A stretch of 64,000 nt of DNA from Pseudomonadota bacterium (GTDB taxonomy: Bacteria > Desulfobacterota > Desulfobacteria > Desulfobacterales > RPRI01): assembly GCA_043825875.1 (NCBI GenBank), contig JBDRRF010000103.1:101397-165396 (forward strand). The letters are read 5' to 3'. The notes beneath the pieces are model-generated. The model was not told where the DNA came from, searched no databases, and worked only from the letters and a program-made list of their open reading frames with translations. The position numbers and the translations under genes were made by a program. This document shows positions 61,576-64,000 of this stretch, in pieces (the stretch's first letter is position 1; every line of letters starts with the position of its first letter).

Positions 61576-62712
61576 ATGGGAAAAACAAAAATACTTCAGG
61601 TTTGTCACAATTATGAACCGCCTTTTTTTGATGTTGCCAACCAATACGCGGCAGCGTTTGATAAGAGTAAATATGAGATCACCTGCCTTTTTTTAAAAGG
61701 AAAAGACTCCGCCTGGGTGCGGAATCAGGCCATTGCTGACAAATTGCTGTTTCTGGAAAGCTCTACAAACGATATGCGGGGAATGAAAGCAGGTCTTATC
61801 AAAAAACTTTGCCGCATCCTGACAAAAGAACATTATTCACTGATAATAGCTCATCGCTATAAAGCCATTTATCTGATAGGCCTTGCCTCTCTCATGTCCG
61901 CCCCTATACCTATCGTCGGTGTGGTTCATGCCTATAATGTATTTTCACGACTGCCCCGCAAACTGCTTGTCTTTCTGCTGCGCAAAAGGCTCAAGCTTCT
62001 TGGTGTGTCAGAATCTATCCGCATTGATATTCTTGATAGCCTCAAAACTATCGGTTTCAATGAAGTATATTCACAGCCAAATTGTGTTGAAATAGATAGA
62101 TTACAGAAAGAACAACTGCCACGTGATGAGGCACGACATAAACTGTATCTTGATGCCAAAAGCTTTATCATCGCTACTGTAGGAAGGGTGCATCCGGAAA
62201 AAGACCAGGCCACATTAATTAATGCTTTTCAAAAAGCAGCCTTGCAGATACCGAAAGCCAAACTCTACATATACGGAACAGGACCGCTAAGTGATGAGCT
62301 GAAGAATTTAATCGTTTCCCTGAATCTTGCAGACAAGGTGTTTTTGGCAGGCTTTGTTCCTGAAATTTCCAGGCTCTTTTGCGCTTTTGATCTTTTTGTC
62401 TTACCTTCCAAAATCGAGCCGTTCGGCATGGTGCTTATCGAAGCAATGAGTGCAAAAATTCCGGTGCTTTCCTCAAAATCCGGTGGTGGCGTTGAGATTC
62501 TGGACAACAATAACGATCTTCTCTTTGATATTGGGGATGTGGAAGGACTGGCAGCTAAACTTGTCTTTATGTATAACCTTACATCAGGTGAGAAGAAAAA
62601 GTATATTGATTTTGCGATAAACCGTGTAGAGACTCTTTTTTCCCAGCAGGCATTTAATCAAAACTTCTGGAAACATCCTTTTATGCAAAACATCTTAGCA
62701 TCCGGACACTAA
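61576..62712 (+). CDS. Glycosyltransferase family 4
   Basis: GRVHPEKD, PSKIEPFGMVLIEAM; start ATG 61576. Confidence 0.92.
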   Translation: MGKTKILQVCHNYEPPFFDVANQYAAAFDKSKYEITCLFLKGKDSAWVRNQAIADKLLFLESSTNDMRGMKAGLIKKLCRILTKEHYSLIIAHRYKAIYLIGLASLMSAPIPIVGVVHAYNVFSRLPRKLLVFLLRKRLKLLGVSESIRIDILDSLKTIGFNEVYSQPNCVEIDRLQKEQLPRDEARHKLYLDAKSFIIATVGRVHPEKDQATLINAFQKAALQIPKAKLYIYGTGPLSDELKNLIVSLNLADKVFLAGFVPEISRLFCAFDLFVLPSKIEPFGMVLIEAMSAKIPVLSSKSGGGVEILDNNNDLLFDIGDVEGLAAKLVFMYNLTSGEKKKYIDFAINRVETLFSQQAFNQNFWKHPFMQNILASGH

Positions 62713-62714
62713 AC

Positions 62715-63785
62715 ATGACAAATTCAATTTCCAATAAAAAAATAATCCTTTTTGATGGCATCAGCGGTGTTCCCATGGGAAAAGAAATGCATGAAGCTTT
62801 TGTCCAATGCGGATTTGCGGCAGACTATATTGACAACACACAGCTTAGAAAAAAATCGTTCTACAAATTGCGATCCGCTGCCAGTAAGGTTTTGCGCAAA
62901 ACACTGTATTCTTCAGAATTCTACTATTGTCCACAACTTGTCCAAAAACACTTCATAAACACATTACAGAAACATAAACCTGACATAGTATTGGTAATCG
63001 GTTTCCTGTATCGATTCATCAATCCTGAACTGCTTAAAAAGCTTAAACAACAATTACGGTTTTCTCTAATTCTTTTTGACACAGATACCTGCAATCTTTT
63101 TGGCAAAAGAAGAGAGCTTCTCTTTTTTCTGGAAACCGAACTACCTGTATATGATAAAATATTTTCTTTTTCCAAAAGATCTTCAGAGTTTATTAACGGG
63201 ATTCAGGAAGTCAAAAGCACCTTCTTTCCTTTTGGAGCAAAACCCATTGCCGAACCCGAATCGCCTGAAAAAAAATTTGATGTCTGCTTTATCGGAACTG
63301 CCGATATGCGTAGAATCTTTCTGCTGGAACAAATCAAGAACAGCAATCTGGCTATCTACGGCAGCAGGTGGAAGAGATACAAATCGGTTATGTCAAAAAA
63401 TTTGCAGCAAAAAATACATTACAATTCTATCTGGGGGCAGGATCTGCACAGGCTTCTTCATCAAAGCAAAATTACTCTCAACATCACTCGCTCTTCTTTT
63501 TACGGGGTTGAAACAGGTATGAACCTTCGCCTGTTTGAAACCCTTGCCGCCCGTTCCTTCTTGCTGACCGATTATTGTGAAGAGCTTGAAGAAATTTTTA
63601 CGATAGGACAAGAAATTGAGACATACAGCTCCTCTGGCGAATTGATTGACAAAGTGGATTATTACCTGCGCCATGATGAGAAAAGAGAAAAAATTGCCCA
63701 AAAAGGCTATGAACTTTTTATAAGTAAATTTACATGGAAAGCCCGGGTACAGGAAATGGCCGAGCAGATGCAACAGATTTGCTGA
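62715..63785 (+). CDS. CgeB-like glycosyltransferase (GT-B)
   Basis: DVCFIG, SKITLN, NLRLFE..A, YYLRHDEKREKIAQKG. Confidence 0.88.
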   Translation: MTNSISNKKIILFDGISGVPMGKEMHEAFVQCGFAADYIDNTQLRKKSFYKLRSAASKVLRKTLYSSEFYYCPQLVQKHFINTLQKHKPDIVLVIGFLYRFINPELLKKLKQQLRFSLILFDTDTCNLFGKRRELLFFLETELPVYDKIFSFSKRSSEFINGIQEVKSTFFPFGAKPIAEPESPEKKFDVCFIGTADMRRIFLLEQIKNSNLAIYGSRWKRYKSVMSKNLQQKIHYNSIWGQDLHRLLHQSKITLNITRSSFYGVETGMNLRLFETLAARSFLLTDYCEELEEIFTIGQEIETYSSSGELIDKVDYYLRHDEKREKIAQKGYELFISKFTWKARVQEMAEQMQQIC

Positions 63786-64000
63786 GCGTGGAATTATTGG
63801 CAAGAAAAAACCCATTCCTCTGAATTTAAAACATCCTTGATAGCCTCTTTCATTTCTCCTTTAACCCAAGTTCGACAATAATTTTATGAATAACGAATAA
63901 AAGCAACATTATATGATAAATCAGCTAAAATTTTCCTCACTACATTATTGCTTGATAGCCGGTTTTGTTCAAGGATGTTTTAATTTTTATCCTGCTCAAA

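Noticed and set aside
3960..63815. Many 60-170 aa antisense or alternate-frame ORFs in the track overlapping confident genes
   Set aside because: Shadow ORFs without recognisable motifs or RBS.
1..64000. CRISPR array, rRNA, prophage, or intact transposase/integrase
   Set aside because: No regularly spaced direct repeats, rRNA signatures, phage structural genes or intact recombinase ORFs were seen.

Overview
An AT-rich chromosomal window, most consistent with a sulfate-reducing Desulfobacterota (Desulfobacterales-like) genome; this is inferred from gene content only. Core blocks are sdhCAB, rplU-rpmA-obgE-proB-proA-nadD-rsfS-gpmI, tolQRA-tolB-pal-cpoB-ruvCAB, hisB-lipoprotein-hisA, epmA, yqeB with a MoeA-like gene, tRNA-Ala(CGC) and a glycosyltransferase cluster. 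Accessory DNA not explained by the ORF track includes: (i) two integron-cassette arrays with no intI in the window (about 8.8-10.3 kb and 16.2-19.7 kb), with complementary core/inverse-core pairs and an attI-like site; (ii) a 142-188 bp MITE family in 5 full copies plus 1 half copy, three with 4-bp direct repeats; (iii) a two-gene module of a large Type IIG-like N6-methyltransferase lacking an obvious nuclease motif plus a separate small PD-(D/E)xK-like protein, my best candidate for an uncharacterised defence system; (iv) a rhomboid-TPR plus B-box/membrane/TPR gene pair; (v) a stand-alone YcaO-TPR fusion; (vi) an orphan methyltransferase with a degenerate thermonuclease domain. The ORF track missed an octaheme (5+3) cytochrome running off the left edge and a rubredoxin with rearranged cysteines. 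All family calls come from reading motifs by eye, not database searches.
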